From: Lytechinus pictus
Lineage: Eukaryota
Direction: 5' to 3'
DNA length: 64,000 bases
Assembly: GCF_037042905.1 (NCBI RefSeq)
Contig: NC_087250.1
Span: forward strand, 9,364,001-9,428,000
Shown: positions 9,979-24,200 of the stretch, one piece after another
How positions within the stretch are numbered: position 1 is the first letter of the stretch
Layout: the number at the start of each line of letters is the position of its first letter
Notes under the pieces: generated by a model
Told to the model about the DNA's origin: nothing
Database searches by the model: none
Seen by the model: the letters and a program-made list of their open reading frames with translations, nothing else
Program-made: the position numbers and the translations under genes

Positions 9979-12900
9979 GTATGTCTTGAAAAATAATTAC
10001 AACTGATTTGGCGATAATTACACACCGTGATTATGAAATGTAGGTTGTACAACTTCATTTCATTTGTAGTGCCAGCAAAATTTCATCTTTTTTTCCAGAG
10101 TGATCTCTAGTTTCCTGAGATTAGTGATCAAACTAAAACATTGTGGTTGGGGTCACCAGGGGTGTTTAATAAAGCTATTCGTAAGTGAAGAGCGACTTTA
10201 AGAACGACTGGTGATCCTTTTTTGTGGTAAATGGTATTCGCTGTTAAATTTTCATTGGTGATTAGTTAGCGCATAAGAAAGGTTCACCAGTCATTCGCTC
10301 TTAACATGCTTAACTTACGAACAACTCAATGAAACGCCGACCAGATTCGGGACCAATCATAAATTACATTGAAGTAATATTCACTCTAGATCTGAGATCT
10401 GAAAAACTGATATTCTCAGTGTAATTCTGGTTCGATCCCTCATTCAATCTGAAACAATTTTTAAATTAAAAGAGTTAACGCTATCTTTTCAAGTAGTCGC
10501 CTAAGGTAATGTGTGATGGCTCAGTATATAAATCAATTCTTATTAAAAAGGAGTAGTTAAAAAAGACCAACGTCGGCGATCTAACGCAAGAAATATGAAT
10601 TTTTCTTCATTATTATGCTTGGTTTTTTAATCAATTTATTGAGGACTTGGGCAATAGTAAAGTTACTAATTTTTTTTATATCATTTCAAGCATCGCCAGG
10701 GCCAACCCCGCCATCTCCAGGACATTCTTACTTCGGAACGACAGACACTACAAGAACAAACGTCCCCGTTTTACCAATGAAACTGAATAGAAAGGACACT
10801 GAGAAGGATAAACTATCCTCTCCTGCAATGGGTCAAAGCTATAGCGAAACTGTTGCTGCTAAGCCCGAACCAGAAAGCCATACTGCTAGGCCAGGACACA
10901 CTGGAGACCGTGGATTTGAACAAGAGTTTGAAGGTCGGTCTAATGATGAAGACGACACTGACGACTCAGACCCGGAAAACTATATCAATGTGTCCAATAG
11001 AGTACTCCACAGAGGATCGAGAACTGTCTCTTTAGCTTTTGGAGGTAAACCAGTTGAGGCATTCCAAGGCTCTCAAGAGAACATGATTCGTGAAGAAGCG
11101 GAGGGTGATGTGGGCGACTCTGAATCGTTCTTACAACCCTCTAACCTTGTCACAGATAGGACAACAGGCGATAACGATGATCTATGCTGCGATCAGGCTG
11201 ATATCCTTCCAGCCACCCTTGAACACACCGATAGCCCAATTAATCCGGATAGCCGTGACAGTGTATCTAGCAGGTTCGACACCAATGAGGCGGTTTATGC
11301 AAAACCATCAGTGTCAATCAAGAACTCCATGGACACCAGAAAACCTGTGGAAATACAAGACTGTACTAAGGTATCTTCAAATCTTGGGTCGGGTAGCAAA
11401 GGACAGGCACGTACTCGTCAGCACGACAATGAGGGTGTATATTGTTTAGAACAAAGCGTTGATTCTCAAGAATCATCTACGGCAGAATGCACGTTACCAG
11501 AATCAAGTACTAGTAAGGTAAGGCCTCCTAAGCCTGCTCGTAAGAAAAAACACCTCTTTCTGCCAGGCAATTCTGAAGTAAATCAGCACGACGAAGAGAC
11601 ACGAAAGGGTGATTTAATATGTAAAGACACACCCCAAACCAGACCAACAGAGCAAAGTATGGCGCCGAATAACACACACATGACTATTGGCAATCAACAA
11701 GAAGAGTCAAAACTGGCAAAGGATCCGAAGCTGATCAGCGATGCGTACGATTCTCCCAGAAAACCAGAAAGGGGAGGGGTTGGAGGAACATCACTGATAC
11801 ACAAAACGGAAAAGACTCCTAATCACACAAATGCAGTCGATACTGATAACTTTACCATAACGCAGCCCATAAACGAAAGATGTTTGATACGAATGGAGGG
11901 CACAGCTGATCAGGAACAGGGAGGTGCCACGATTATTACACCTTCTGAACCAGCTAAACCTTTCCCAGCTAGAGCACCTACCCTTACCAATGGTTCCCAA
12001 GGATCACAGTCGGGTGAAGCAAAGAATATGTTGAGCCCCCATCATGTGAACGGAAATAATAAGAACACAACACCATCGGAGATTTATGATGAACAAGAGC
12101 ACATGTATGCAACAATCCCGGAAGACCAGAATGCAAGGAGACCTGTTGTCCCGTTTAAACCAAAATTACCAGTTGGTTCAGATTTAGCCCCAACTACCCA
12201 GGATCCTTCAAACAGTTTACCGAGCTTAAATGCGCCATCGGGAACAGAAGATAGACCACTGCAGTTAACAAAAACCACACCGGAAGAAGACACTGAACCT
12301 CTTGAACCCGACATCGATAAGACTACGGAATCTTCTCCCCAATTTTCACCAAAACCTCTGTCAGTTGGACATGGGTCATCCAAACCCAGAAGCAAACCAA
12401 CGCAGGTAGCTGGTAATTTGTCTACTCGTTGTAAGACGAAACCACCGCAACAAGCAACGGGCAATGGTTCTCTTCTGAGGAAGACCGCTCCATCGACTCC
12501 TGGATCCACTATGAACAAACTAGGTATGCCCGTGTCTCAATATGTTTGCGTTTTGTACTTGCGTATATGTACCGTGGTGCATTTTATCCCATTCCAGGTT
12601 TGCAAGGGGTAGACTTGCTAGACAGTGCAGAACATACAATAGTTATAGCAGTGCTGCTTATATGCAATCTTGGAATTGGCTTTAAAGCACTACTGTTACA
12701 CAATATATTGTGTATTCAAAACCTCTGAAGCGAGACCAATTAAATTTTTATAGAAGGACATGCAATGAGTTTCCTAGTTACACACAATTAATTGAGAATA
12801 TATATATATATATTTTTTTTTTTTGGGGGGGGGGGCGTGCTGTATGTCCTCAGGTAAGAGAAGAACATGTCAGAGATCAGTCTCACAAATTTCCCCTGTC

Positions 12901-15900
12901 AGGATTAATACCCACCAGCATCCAGCCATATGCGTCTTTTTCTGCTTCCACACATGTTCCGATATGCCTATTTATTACCACAGAACTTCCATCAATTATG
13001 ACTTTTTGGAGGGGTTGTCGAGCTTATGTTTGCTAGTTAAACCATTCAACTACACATTGCACCATGTTTTGATCAACGAAATTCCTCATTACAAACGAAA
13101 GGAAATTGGTCATACCAACGGACAAATGATAACACTCGCAGTAACAGCGTTAATAATGTGTTTAGTAGTAAACCACTTATAACATTAAAGTGGAGGATGA
13201 AAGGCAATTTAAAATCTAGTTATTTTTGTAATTACTATTTCCTCAAAGCATGGAAAGTACAGTAACAAACAAAAACATGTTAATTCTTCCATTGTATTCT
13301 ATTATTTTGGTCGCTACAATGGGGTGCAATACATGTCATAATTATCATATCACAATCAGACTTGGAGGGAAAAAAGCGTGCTCTTTTCTCAGAAAAACAA
13401 AAATATCATTAGATCGCATAATTTCCAATCTATGAATTAAGATTCAAAATTAAGTTTTCAGCTTTTTTTTATTTGCTGGTTTTTGTTACCTTTAATATAA
13501 GGATCCTCGTTCCAGAGTAATAAAGCACTGAGTGAAGACATCCTTCGAGCTTTGGCGGGAGACATCACGGATGGCAAGAAACTCCAGGCACTTGGGCTTG
13601 AACTTGGCTTTAAAGAAGCCGACATGAATGGATTTGAAGCGATGAACCATCGCACAGGCAGCGACCCCGTGGAAGGCACACTTGACATGCTGCAGACATG
13701 GCAATCAAGAGTTTCGCCAGAGGACCAATTGGTAATGTTGAAACACGCCCTCAGGAGGACTGGTCTTACTATGGCTGAAACACATCTGAGATCCACTAAG
13801 AGGCGCAGAGGTGAGATCGAGCATTCATGTATTAACCCGTTGACTCCTGTGTTTCATAAAGCTATTTATAAATTACAAGCGAATTCATGGACGACTGGTG
13901 ACCCTTTCTTATGATCTACATGTTTATCAACTCCATTAGAAATCGTGTGTATCACCTACCACAATAGAGGATCACCAGACGCTCGTAAAGTTGCTCGTTA
14001 CTTACGGACAGCTTTATGAAACACCCACCTGAATTCTTCTTTTCCCATAGGAATACATTTTAGGATCTATCCGTTTCCAGTTCCCCGCTGTGTAGTTTTA
14101 TTTATACACGACAGGAAAAGTAATTCTTAACCATGCTAAAGATTCCATTGACATGCATTTCCCACACAGCCTTAATTCTTGAAATCTCATCCATTATGGC
14201 CGCCATTAAAATTTAAACTGCCTTGGGAATTTAATTTAATTTTAGACATTATATTTCATATTTTTTACATTTGCCCCTCAAACTCTTCCACCAACAATCG
14301 CTCATTCTCTCATCATAAATTGGTTTGGATTTCCGGGGGAAAAGACGCCTTTTTCAATAATTTATCCCGCAACTCTTTGCCTCCTCTCTTATTCAGAAAT
14401 AATATGATTTCCATGATAAACTTTTTCATCTTATCAAAATGATTTTATTTCCTTAATAGATATAACAGGCGTTAGCGTGACAAAGAACTTCACCGTGTCG
14501 GATTGCCGCGAGAAGCTACAATTCCATTACAGGATTGAGACTTGCAAGGGTCTAAAGAAACACGAAAATTTTGCCTCCTATCTCCCAATCGTAGATGTTC
14601 ATCGGGTCGTAAAGCGAGGAAAGAATGTTTATGTGGAGAAGACACCTCTGAAAGATGGGTCTGTCAAAGAAATTTTAAGGACAAGAAAAGATGGTTCATT
14701 GCCGAGCAGGATTGTAATCTTTGGCCCATCAGGAATAGGGAAAAGCACGCTTGTGGCTCAGATGGCGCATGATTGGGCTGAACGAGTTCCTGGATCCCCG
14801 CTGAACGATGTCCTTCTGCTATTCGTCCTCAAGATGAAGTTCATGACTAATCATGGAACCTTGGGGCAGGCGATCGTTAATCAACTCCTAAGCGACGTCA
14901 GAGGATTGACCGCTCAGGGAATCGACCAACTCATCGAGGACAACCAAACGGAATGCATGGTGGTCCTTGATGGTCTGGACGAGTTTAGAGGCGAGGTTTC
15001 TTCTGTCAGGTGTGGTCATGTTCTGCGCGTTCTCCAGAACATCCAACTGCGGACGTGTCGCGTCGTTGTGACTAGCCATACAAGACTCGAAGACTACTTC
15101 AATAAGGAAGACTTGCCAAAGGACTTTCTCAAGTTTGAACTCCGTGGACTTTCCCATGTGCAATCAACATCATTCATACGGTCTTTCTTCGAGGAAAACT
15201 CATTGCACAGAGCCAAAGAGATGATTGTATTTCTAGAGATGAATGACATCATCCGAGAACTGTTGGCCACACCCCTATTTTGTATCATTGCGTGTCACCT
15301 CTGGGAAAGTAATCTTCTTCAGCTTGTCACAACGGAGTCAGAATTCTATGATAGTGTAAATCGTTTCTTACTCAAGCAAAGGGAAGAACAGGCGTCAATG
15401 GTTGCCGGAGACACTGATCTGGAAATAATTGTCCAAGGCATAGGGGAAGTTGCGCTCAATGGTCTCCTTGATGACCCAAACAGACGATTCTTCGGACAAA
15501 ATGACTTTAAGAAGATGCCCTCAGCCCTAGAGAAGGCAACTTCGATTGGTATCCTCAATAAGACATCCCCCAAGAAGCGCGATGAGACTGGAATTGAGTT
15601 CTATCATCGCAACGCGCAGGTGCACTGCGCGGCTAGGTATCTCTCCAAAGACGTGACCTCGAAATCAATCAAGGGAAAGCAGAGTCGTCTGGAGAAGGCC
15701 TTGAAGCAGATGGCAAAGAAGAACCTGGCGGAATTCGGCAGCTTACTACGGTTTACAGCAGGAATAGGAAGCCCTTCAACCAGACTGCAGGTGATTGAAG
15801 CCATCAATTCTGCGGATAATATACCAATAGGTGACAAGACTAGAATGGTACTCGACTGCCTTTCAGAGATTCCTCAACTGGACAAGCCAACAATGTACGT

Positions 15901-18188
15901 GGTCGAACGATGTTTCGAAGGAGGCAACGTTATAATAAACCTTCCAACCCTACACACTACTTTGGGTCTCTACAAACTCCATCCATCTGTAAAAGAAAAG
16001 GTGGGTCCCAATGGTTTATATATAATAACATCTTATTATCTTAATAGTGGGGAATTTTGGCCTTTCTGGGTAAAGCCATCTGAATCCCTTCTTTAGTTGG
16101 ACTTTAACCATTTTAAAATGTCTTCCAGTTGATGGTTTACGTAGTTAACATTTCTTTAGAAGTCCATATCATCCGGGGAATTTTAAAGCTCCATACGGTT
16201 AAATCCTTATCTTGAAAAACATAAATAAGCTATATTAGTACAGGCATTTTTCAACTGTGCATTTTGACTAAAAGTATAACTTAGAATAAAATGATATTAT
16301 CTTTTCTGTCGTTTAGCAAGATTGTGAAATATTTGTTTAGTAATGTTGACCACTTTATCCGTTAAGGGTGCTATAAAGTTTTGATTAAATTTTATTGACA
16401 TCGCTATCGCTGTCTTTATTTCATAACCGCATTTCCTACTATCATGATTAACATTATTACAAACATAATGAAACTATATCAAGAATGAACTCGTTAAACT
16501 TGTTCCAGATAATTTTTTGTAAATTTATTATCGAGGTGTTTGATTTCTATTTCAAAACTCCTCTTTATAGATACGTGGCTTGAAGATCCAGGGTTCTTTC
16601 ATGGCTGACCTTGTAGCCAAGAGGTTATCAACGGCTCTCCAAGGGTGTTGTGACCTACTCAAGCTCGAGTTTGCTGATTTGCAGAATGCAGCATATCCTC
16701 TGATCCTGCTCCTGCTAAACAAGCTCTCACTTCATCTCTTCCCCGATGGCGCCACGTCAATTCTTCCAGACCTCCATCAGACTATATTCAATGGAGTAAG
16801 CCTTCCATTTTTTTCTTGTTCACAAAACCCCATTTCCTAACCATCCTATACTTTTGATAATGATAAAATATAACTAAATATCAATTTGTTTCACTATCAT
16901 CTTTATTTCAACACACACACATAAGTGCACACCTAGTTATTAAGAATGCGTGTAGCATTTCCATTTATTTGAATGCAGGATAAAAAAGCATTGTCGATTA
17001 AATGCCTTGCTCACGGACATAGGTGCCGCGACCGAGGATCGAACCCCGGTCTTTCTATATATAGCCAGGCGCCTTAAACCACTCGACTACGGCACCTCAC
17101 ACGTACCCCCCCCCCCCCCGCCGGTCGCGAAATTATTTTTCCCACCGCAGTTCTGGACCAACATATGAATATTCATGACTTGCGTCTTCGGAATAAGAGT
17201 ACGCATGCGCGTGGACTTCATCTTCATCTTTGCCTCGATCGATTTATATGTTGGTCCAGAACTGCGGTGGGAAAAATAATTTCGCCCCCCGGTCACACAC
17301 ACCCTTACATATTGCTGATATATATTGAAAGTGTTTTTCAATGAAATGCTATATGTCGATACAATTCATAACATGGAACATTTTTATCAGGCCGTGTGCA
17401 TGGAAAACAAGATCTGGAACTGAGTATAGGTAATCCGCACGTTAACCCAAACATAAAACCCAACCTCATTAACTGAATAAAGCCTTATCATTGTCTTTAC
17501 ACTATTTTGAACCAGAATCTCTATTACAATCCTAACTCTAACCCTATGCCCTCTGAGATATCAAGACCGGGGAAAATGTCGCAGGAGCAAATGTCGTGTC
17601 ACCGGTGAGATTGTTCCATGACATTTGCTCAGACACCACTATCATTAAGGATAAATTAAACAGACAGAAAATAATAGCTGTGACTGAGATTTCGTTTCTT
17701 TTTCATCAAGCTGCGGATTGTCGACCTCTCGGATTGCAGTCTATCACCAGCAGTGACCTGTGTCCTGTGGACTGCTCTAGCAAGATGCCCAAAGATTGAG
17801 CTGATGTCTGTAAAGAACTCCACGATCCTCGGCAAAGACCTCCCCAATCTCGGTTGCATCGCGGACCTCCAGGCGAATCTCCGCTCACCCATCCTCCATG
17901 ACGAGGTTGTCTGGCTGGCCAGTGTCCTAGGGGACCCCGAGAGCTCTACGAAGGTGAAACTGACCATCGGCGATGCAGGAGACGGATCCTTACGGCGTGT
18001 AGGACTTGGGAACCAAGAGCACATAGTGATGGCTGGTGACAGAATGGACCTCAATAACGCAACGGAAAATACCATTAAGGTTCTCAGTGTGCTACCCGAC
18101 ACGTACAGAAGAAAGGTATTGTGGACCCCCCTTATATGCGCTTCCAACATCATTATATATGAAACTACTTCTACCTCTACTACTGCTG

Positions 18189-18227
<39 letters not shown>

Positions 18228-21200
18228 TATACATGTAATACACCGCTACTGTTGCTCCTTCTTTTACTATACTGATACTAATACTACTACTTCTACTACT
18301 ACTACTTTACTACTACTAAGAGTGTTATTCCTACCATCTAGAGTAGTAGTAATAGTATTAATCACTTGTAATGTACCGTTCTAGCACATCATTCCGACTC
18401 GCAACAATCGGATCGGTACCTTCCTTCAACTTCGCCCGTATAATGATCATTCTCTCACCTCCTCCTTGGTCATCTTTTGGGAGATTCACTCCGTCCTACT
18501 TAAGCCGGCCAAGTATAGTCCTTCTATGGATTGCAGCCCATCGTAACGTATTACATCAACCTGCCAACGTTTACCAATTGCCTTCACTAAATATGGTAAA
18601 AAATGAAAACAAAGATACCAATTAATACTAATGTTCAATTCCAGGTTAGGAAACTCTGTATCAGTGGAACACGCTTCAGCTATGACCTGACCCATCCACT
18701 TCTTGACTTTGTCCACTCCTTAATAAGACTTGAAGTCATCGCCACGGAGGGAACGAACATCCCTGGGGAACTCCAACAGCTCCAAGTCTTCAAGGGGTCA
18801 TCCCATAGGTACGTCTACACATATATACCTGTAAAGTGACACTGCATCGAAACTCACCCTCGCGTTGGAAAGAATACGGTACCACACAACATGTACAAAG
18901 TGGCCCGTATTCCGAACTCGGTTTTTATTTAAACTCTGGTCTACAGTCGAGGTTTATGTATGGATAGCCAATGGGGACATAAATCTCTTAACAGTAGAAG
19001 TTCAACGTAGCTCATTTGACACTTTAATCATTCTGAACTGTCTGGGAAGGATAAACAAGATATATGACTTCACCACTAACGCAATGGGATGAGCACAGCA
19101 AGCATTAGAAACGTACAAACAAAATTGTAACATTTGTGGCTTCCCTTAATGTTAGCATATAGAAGACCATTGTCTTATATAAGTTTATCTGAGTTCAGAA
19201 TACGGGCCAGTGTGTCCACAGTGCTTTCCCACAGTTAAAATGATCCGATTTAAAAGTGCGAATTAAGATAGTGCTTTCACACTGACGATACAATGACAAC
19301 GCAAGCGTAGAACAGTGTACTTAACATTGCATTCACAACGTCAGATAAAATGCTCAAATTTAACAGAGTAGATATGATTTGATATTGTACTCAGCACTGT
19401 AAACATATTTTAGGATATTGTTTAAGATAAAGCACGGTTAGGATGGATGAGGATGTGTCCGCGTGAGGTTACATGGACCAGCATCCTTATCTTATAATGT
19501 TATAAAGAATATAAGACGTCCAACTTGTACTGAGTATCATTTTGATCATCGGCTGTGTTTATGTAAAAAAAAACATTTTGATTTAACTAAACTTCCCATA
19601 TATGTATATGAAAAAATTATGAAATAAACACTTTGAGATATATATACTTACAAATATAATTATGGTTCGGTGTGGATTGCAAATGGAATTTGAACATGGC
19701 AGTTGGATTGCCAATGGAAGTTATTGGTGGCGCCAGTGGTTCTGAGACTCTTTCATCATTCTCCTGAAGAGGGCACGAACACACTTGTCCAGACGTCGAG
19801 GTTGGGTGGTCCTTTTTTTATGGCCAACACTTGCCCAAGAATGATACATGGTGTACCGTGAAACCTACAACTATATATGTTCCGGTATCCCCATCTTAAT
19901 CTTAAGAATATAAGACGTCCAACTTGTACTGAGTATCCTTCTGATCATCGGTCGTGTTTTCAATACACCGCCACAAATCTGTAAAAAGGGCATCAAACTG
20001 CGCATATTTGTAAATCAAACATTAACTAAATAACACTGCTATATATGTACCGTATATAGTTCGGTGTAGATTGCAAATGGAATTCGAACGTGGCAGTTGG
20101 ATTGTCAATGGAAGTCATTGCATCGTGGCGCCATGCATGATTCTGCCGTTGATCCTGCAACTCTGTAATCATTATGGCCCGTATTCTGAAGTCAGGTTTA
20201 AGTTAAACTCAGGTTTAAAGTTGTGGTTTAAGTATGGACAGCCAAAAGTATCAATTTTTTTTATTAAGTTGTACGTTCTTATGTTTGCTGTGCTCTTTCT
20301 TGATTCATCGATGGTGAAGACATTTTCTATATATACTTCCTAGCCAATTATGAATGATTTGAGAGCCAAATGAGCTGAAATATTATATCCCTACTGTTAG
20401 TGATTTATGTGACAATTGGCTGTCCATACTTAAACCACAACTTTAAACCCGACTTCAGAATACGGGCCTATGTGTTTTCCTTTTTAGAGACATGAACCAA
20501 CTGCCAAGCTTAGATCCAGACGGTGTCCTGACGGGATGCGTATCGTCCCCTCTTCGGGAGGAAGAATTCGAACGGCTCAGTAGTGTGTTCAACTACAGCA
20601 GAACGACGACCCTTAAACAGGTCCATCTCCTGATCGAGCACGACAGTAGCTCTGAGGAGTTTAGGGAGATGCTTGTCATCGACGAAGATAACATAGACCT
20701 CTCAAACGTGTCATCGGCATCCATTGAAATCCTGAAGATGATTCCGCCGTCGTTTAAGCAAAAGGTAATTGAATGATTCACAAGTTGCCGGGTTGCTAAA
20801 TCTACTATCTACCCAACACCCCTACCCACTGTGTCAAGCTACATTCGGGAGTCCTCACACAATGAAGCAGAAACGACACAATACGACAAAGAACAGCCGG
20901 GAGGCCCTTGTCGAAAATTGGTGAACCAGAACAAGAGTTTTGTCCTTAGTTTCGGAGCTGACGAAAAATTGCAAATATGTCGTTTGTTGTACGAAACTGC
21001 TGTCTTTATTTGCCAATTTTCGACAAAGGCTTCTTGGTTGCTCTTTGCCATGGAGGGCGTTTCAGTTTTTTTTCTATGCTTCTGATTCCATTCTGTGCTG
21101 CGATGCGAAGACTCCCTATTTAGGAAATGATCACCTCACACTGCTACACATAATATTGTTATCCCGGAATGCTTTCATCAGCCAAGGGGTAGTATAGGTG

Positions 21201-24200
21201 TCCTAACACATGACCCTTGAATGTATCAAACTAAAGTAGTGTGGCTAGATTCAGGTAAAGCAAGTCAATCTTTGATAAACGCCCTCTTTGTTTTGTGGAC
21301 GTACACACACTCACCCACATACACGACAAACACACTCACGTACACATACATGTATGTATATATATATAGGTGAAAAAATTGTAAAAGTATGTTATTCTTT
21401 GCACTATGTAGATGCATTTCGCTAGAATCAAGAACTGCACACTGACAGACGAGCTTTCGCACCAGTTGTCCCAGGCACTCCAGTCGATGATAGAACTCGA
21501 GATGTGTCTGTCTGAGAACAGGTCAGTGTATGCCGATATTTAGACCCGTATTCTTGACTCGGGTTTAGATTAAACCCTGGTTTAAAGTTGTGGAACAACT
21601 ATGGAGAGCCAATGGGGGCACAGATATTTATAAGTACAGTCCCATGTATAAACTTACACAACACTCAAATCATTCATAACTGCTGAGAATGATAACTGAA
21701 AGTTTTTTTTTATTATTATACAAGCGAATGAAAACAAAATAGTACACGTTAGAAACACACTACATAGACAGAATTGTTGAATTTGTGGCTCACCATTTAG
21801 CACAGAGTTAGACCGTAGTCTAAGTTAAACCCGACTTCAGAAAACGGGTCTTACAGTTTAATATAAAGTTACGCTGGACTCTGCGATCGATTGGAATGCA
21901 CGTGCGGCAAAGAATGCAGCATGTTATAGATTATTGTGTGAAGATGAGAGTCACACTTAAAATACCAAACCTTAGCACTGCGGACCCCTCTTAATACCTG
22001 GTTCTCGCTTTCACGATTCTCGCCTCGATTGAAAAGGTGATCTTAATCGTGTATAAATGATAGAAGTGATCGTAACAGGTCGTACCAGATCAGTCGTGGT
22101 AATCGTATTGATCGCAGGAAAAAAAATGAATGGTTCAAAAATTCTCACGATCAGTTACGGACGGCCGGTCGTGGCATTCGTGGCGGATCACATAGCAGTG
22201 GAAACGAGGCATTTGTGTCAAAGCTCACCGTGATCAAAGTGCCATAGGAGGCTCGATGAACTTATCCTGGGATCCACACTGTTAACTCAAATTAAGCGTG
22301 AAGATGATACGCTGGTGGCATTTCTACAGTGTTTCCACATAGGCCCGTATTCTGAGGTCGGATTTAACGTAGACCACGGTCTGAATCTGTGCTAAAATTA
22401 TGGCAAGCCAAAAATATCAAAAAAAATTTTCTTTTATTTATTTTGCTCACTCCTAATTCTTGAATGGTGAAGACAATTAACTTATTTATCATTCCCGGTC
22501 GGCTTAAGATTGAGTCAAGAGTCAAATGGGCTGATAAATTGGACATCTGCTGTTTTGGATTTCTGTCACAATAGGATATCCATAGTTAAACCATAACTTT
22601 AGAATAATGGCCAAGTGTTAATGTGAAAGTGTGAATACCCTAGTCTATCATTGACCTAGAACGAAAATTAAAATTAAGGTGGTTTCACATTATGATTTGC
22701 ATTGTCACCACACTGTGATGAAGACACTGTATTCCGTCCAGCAGGGGTATATTTACAATGATCCTAAAGGCCACCGCACACCTTACGATTGTCCGATTTT
22801 GGAACAAATCGCATTTTGCTCATTTTCTGAAATTGTGAATGGAACATATCATTTTATTTGAGGTTAAAATTAATTGAAAGAATACTAATACAACCATTTT
22901 GAAAGATTGCAAGCCTTTATTTTGGAGTAAAGGCCAAATTAGTTTCAAATCGTAGCCAATCGTACGACTGCTATGACGTCATTACGACTAGATATTAAAT
23001 TTGCCTTTATTCTAAGAAGGATGATAGCATAGTCACAGATTTGTACATAGGTATTCGTACGATGATTTCGAACATTACGCAGTAAGATATTCCAAGTCTC
23101 AATATTAGCATCAAATTCTACTACGTTTTATTCCAAAATTAGTTGCAGACCAATAGTAAGGTGTGCGGTCGCCTTAAGATTATTCTTCTTGCATTCGACT
23201 TAAAGAAACCATAGAAAAAACCCAGAGAACGACCATACAAGCAAACCAAATCATTTTTAATTTATCATGACACATGCGTCAGTGAAGCCAAGCCCCCAAA
23301 AATTGCTGAATGGTGAAAAGATCATGTGAAATCGCAGCTTCCACTAATGGTTAAAGAGATAGGGTTGCAATAGGGTTTTATGTTAGAATTGGGGTTAGGT
23401 TAGGATAGGTAACACTATTAAATCTAGGTCATTCCATTTATGTGTGGAATTAGCAGCAGAGTAAATGTCACGGAACCCCACAAATCCCGAAGTACAATGC
23501 ATACTATGTTTCTTGAATATATGTGGGTGTTGGATATGGAAATTAAATGAAAAACAAATATCATTCTATTGTTATGATGGAAGCCTTTGAATGGTTCTTG
23601 GTGATTGTGTAATAGATTATTATACATGTAGAAGAAAAAAAATCGGTATAAAAATATGTATTGAGATACAGTGCATAACATGAAATGTGAATAAAATTAT
23701 TTAAAAAGAGCGATCCTGATATCCTGCTAATAATTGATGTATAACGAAACAAATATCAATTATTTCTATCATAGTATCCTTGGTCGAAAAGCCTTCCACT
23801 TGAAATCTGTCACTGTACTTGACGTTGGCCGTTTCTCGTCGCAATGTTTCGACTGGGAGTGGCTTGCCAGTGCAAAGCTGCTCGAAGAACTGCACCTCAC
23901 CTTCGAAGCATCCCCGCCATCCACGCCCACATCCCCTTCCACACCGGCTGCAGCGGACATGGCGACCTCCCCACTGTCTGCAAAGAACCGGATCTACGAA
24001 GAAATCCACGAAAGAAAGGACACTGCTGACGTTGAGGGCGCTTCAGATGAGGACTTCTTTCTGACAACCGGAAGACTGGTAATGAAGAAGATGTCTTCCT
24101 GTAGCTTATCAGTGATGCTGCATCTACCACAACACATGAAAGATGAGGTATGTCTACAAGGCAAAGCCCACTAAACTTATGATAGGGTACTTTCTGCGCA

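Noticed and set aside
10615..10690. Hydrophobic N-terminus of the 665-aa ORF as a signal peptide or TM helix
   Set aside because: It is the T-rich intron end upstream of the acceptor at 10690.
12084..12518. Antisense ORFs over NLR and SRCR exons
   Set aside because: Shadow frames of GC-richer coding exons, with no independent splice or motif support.
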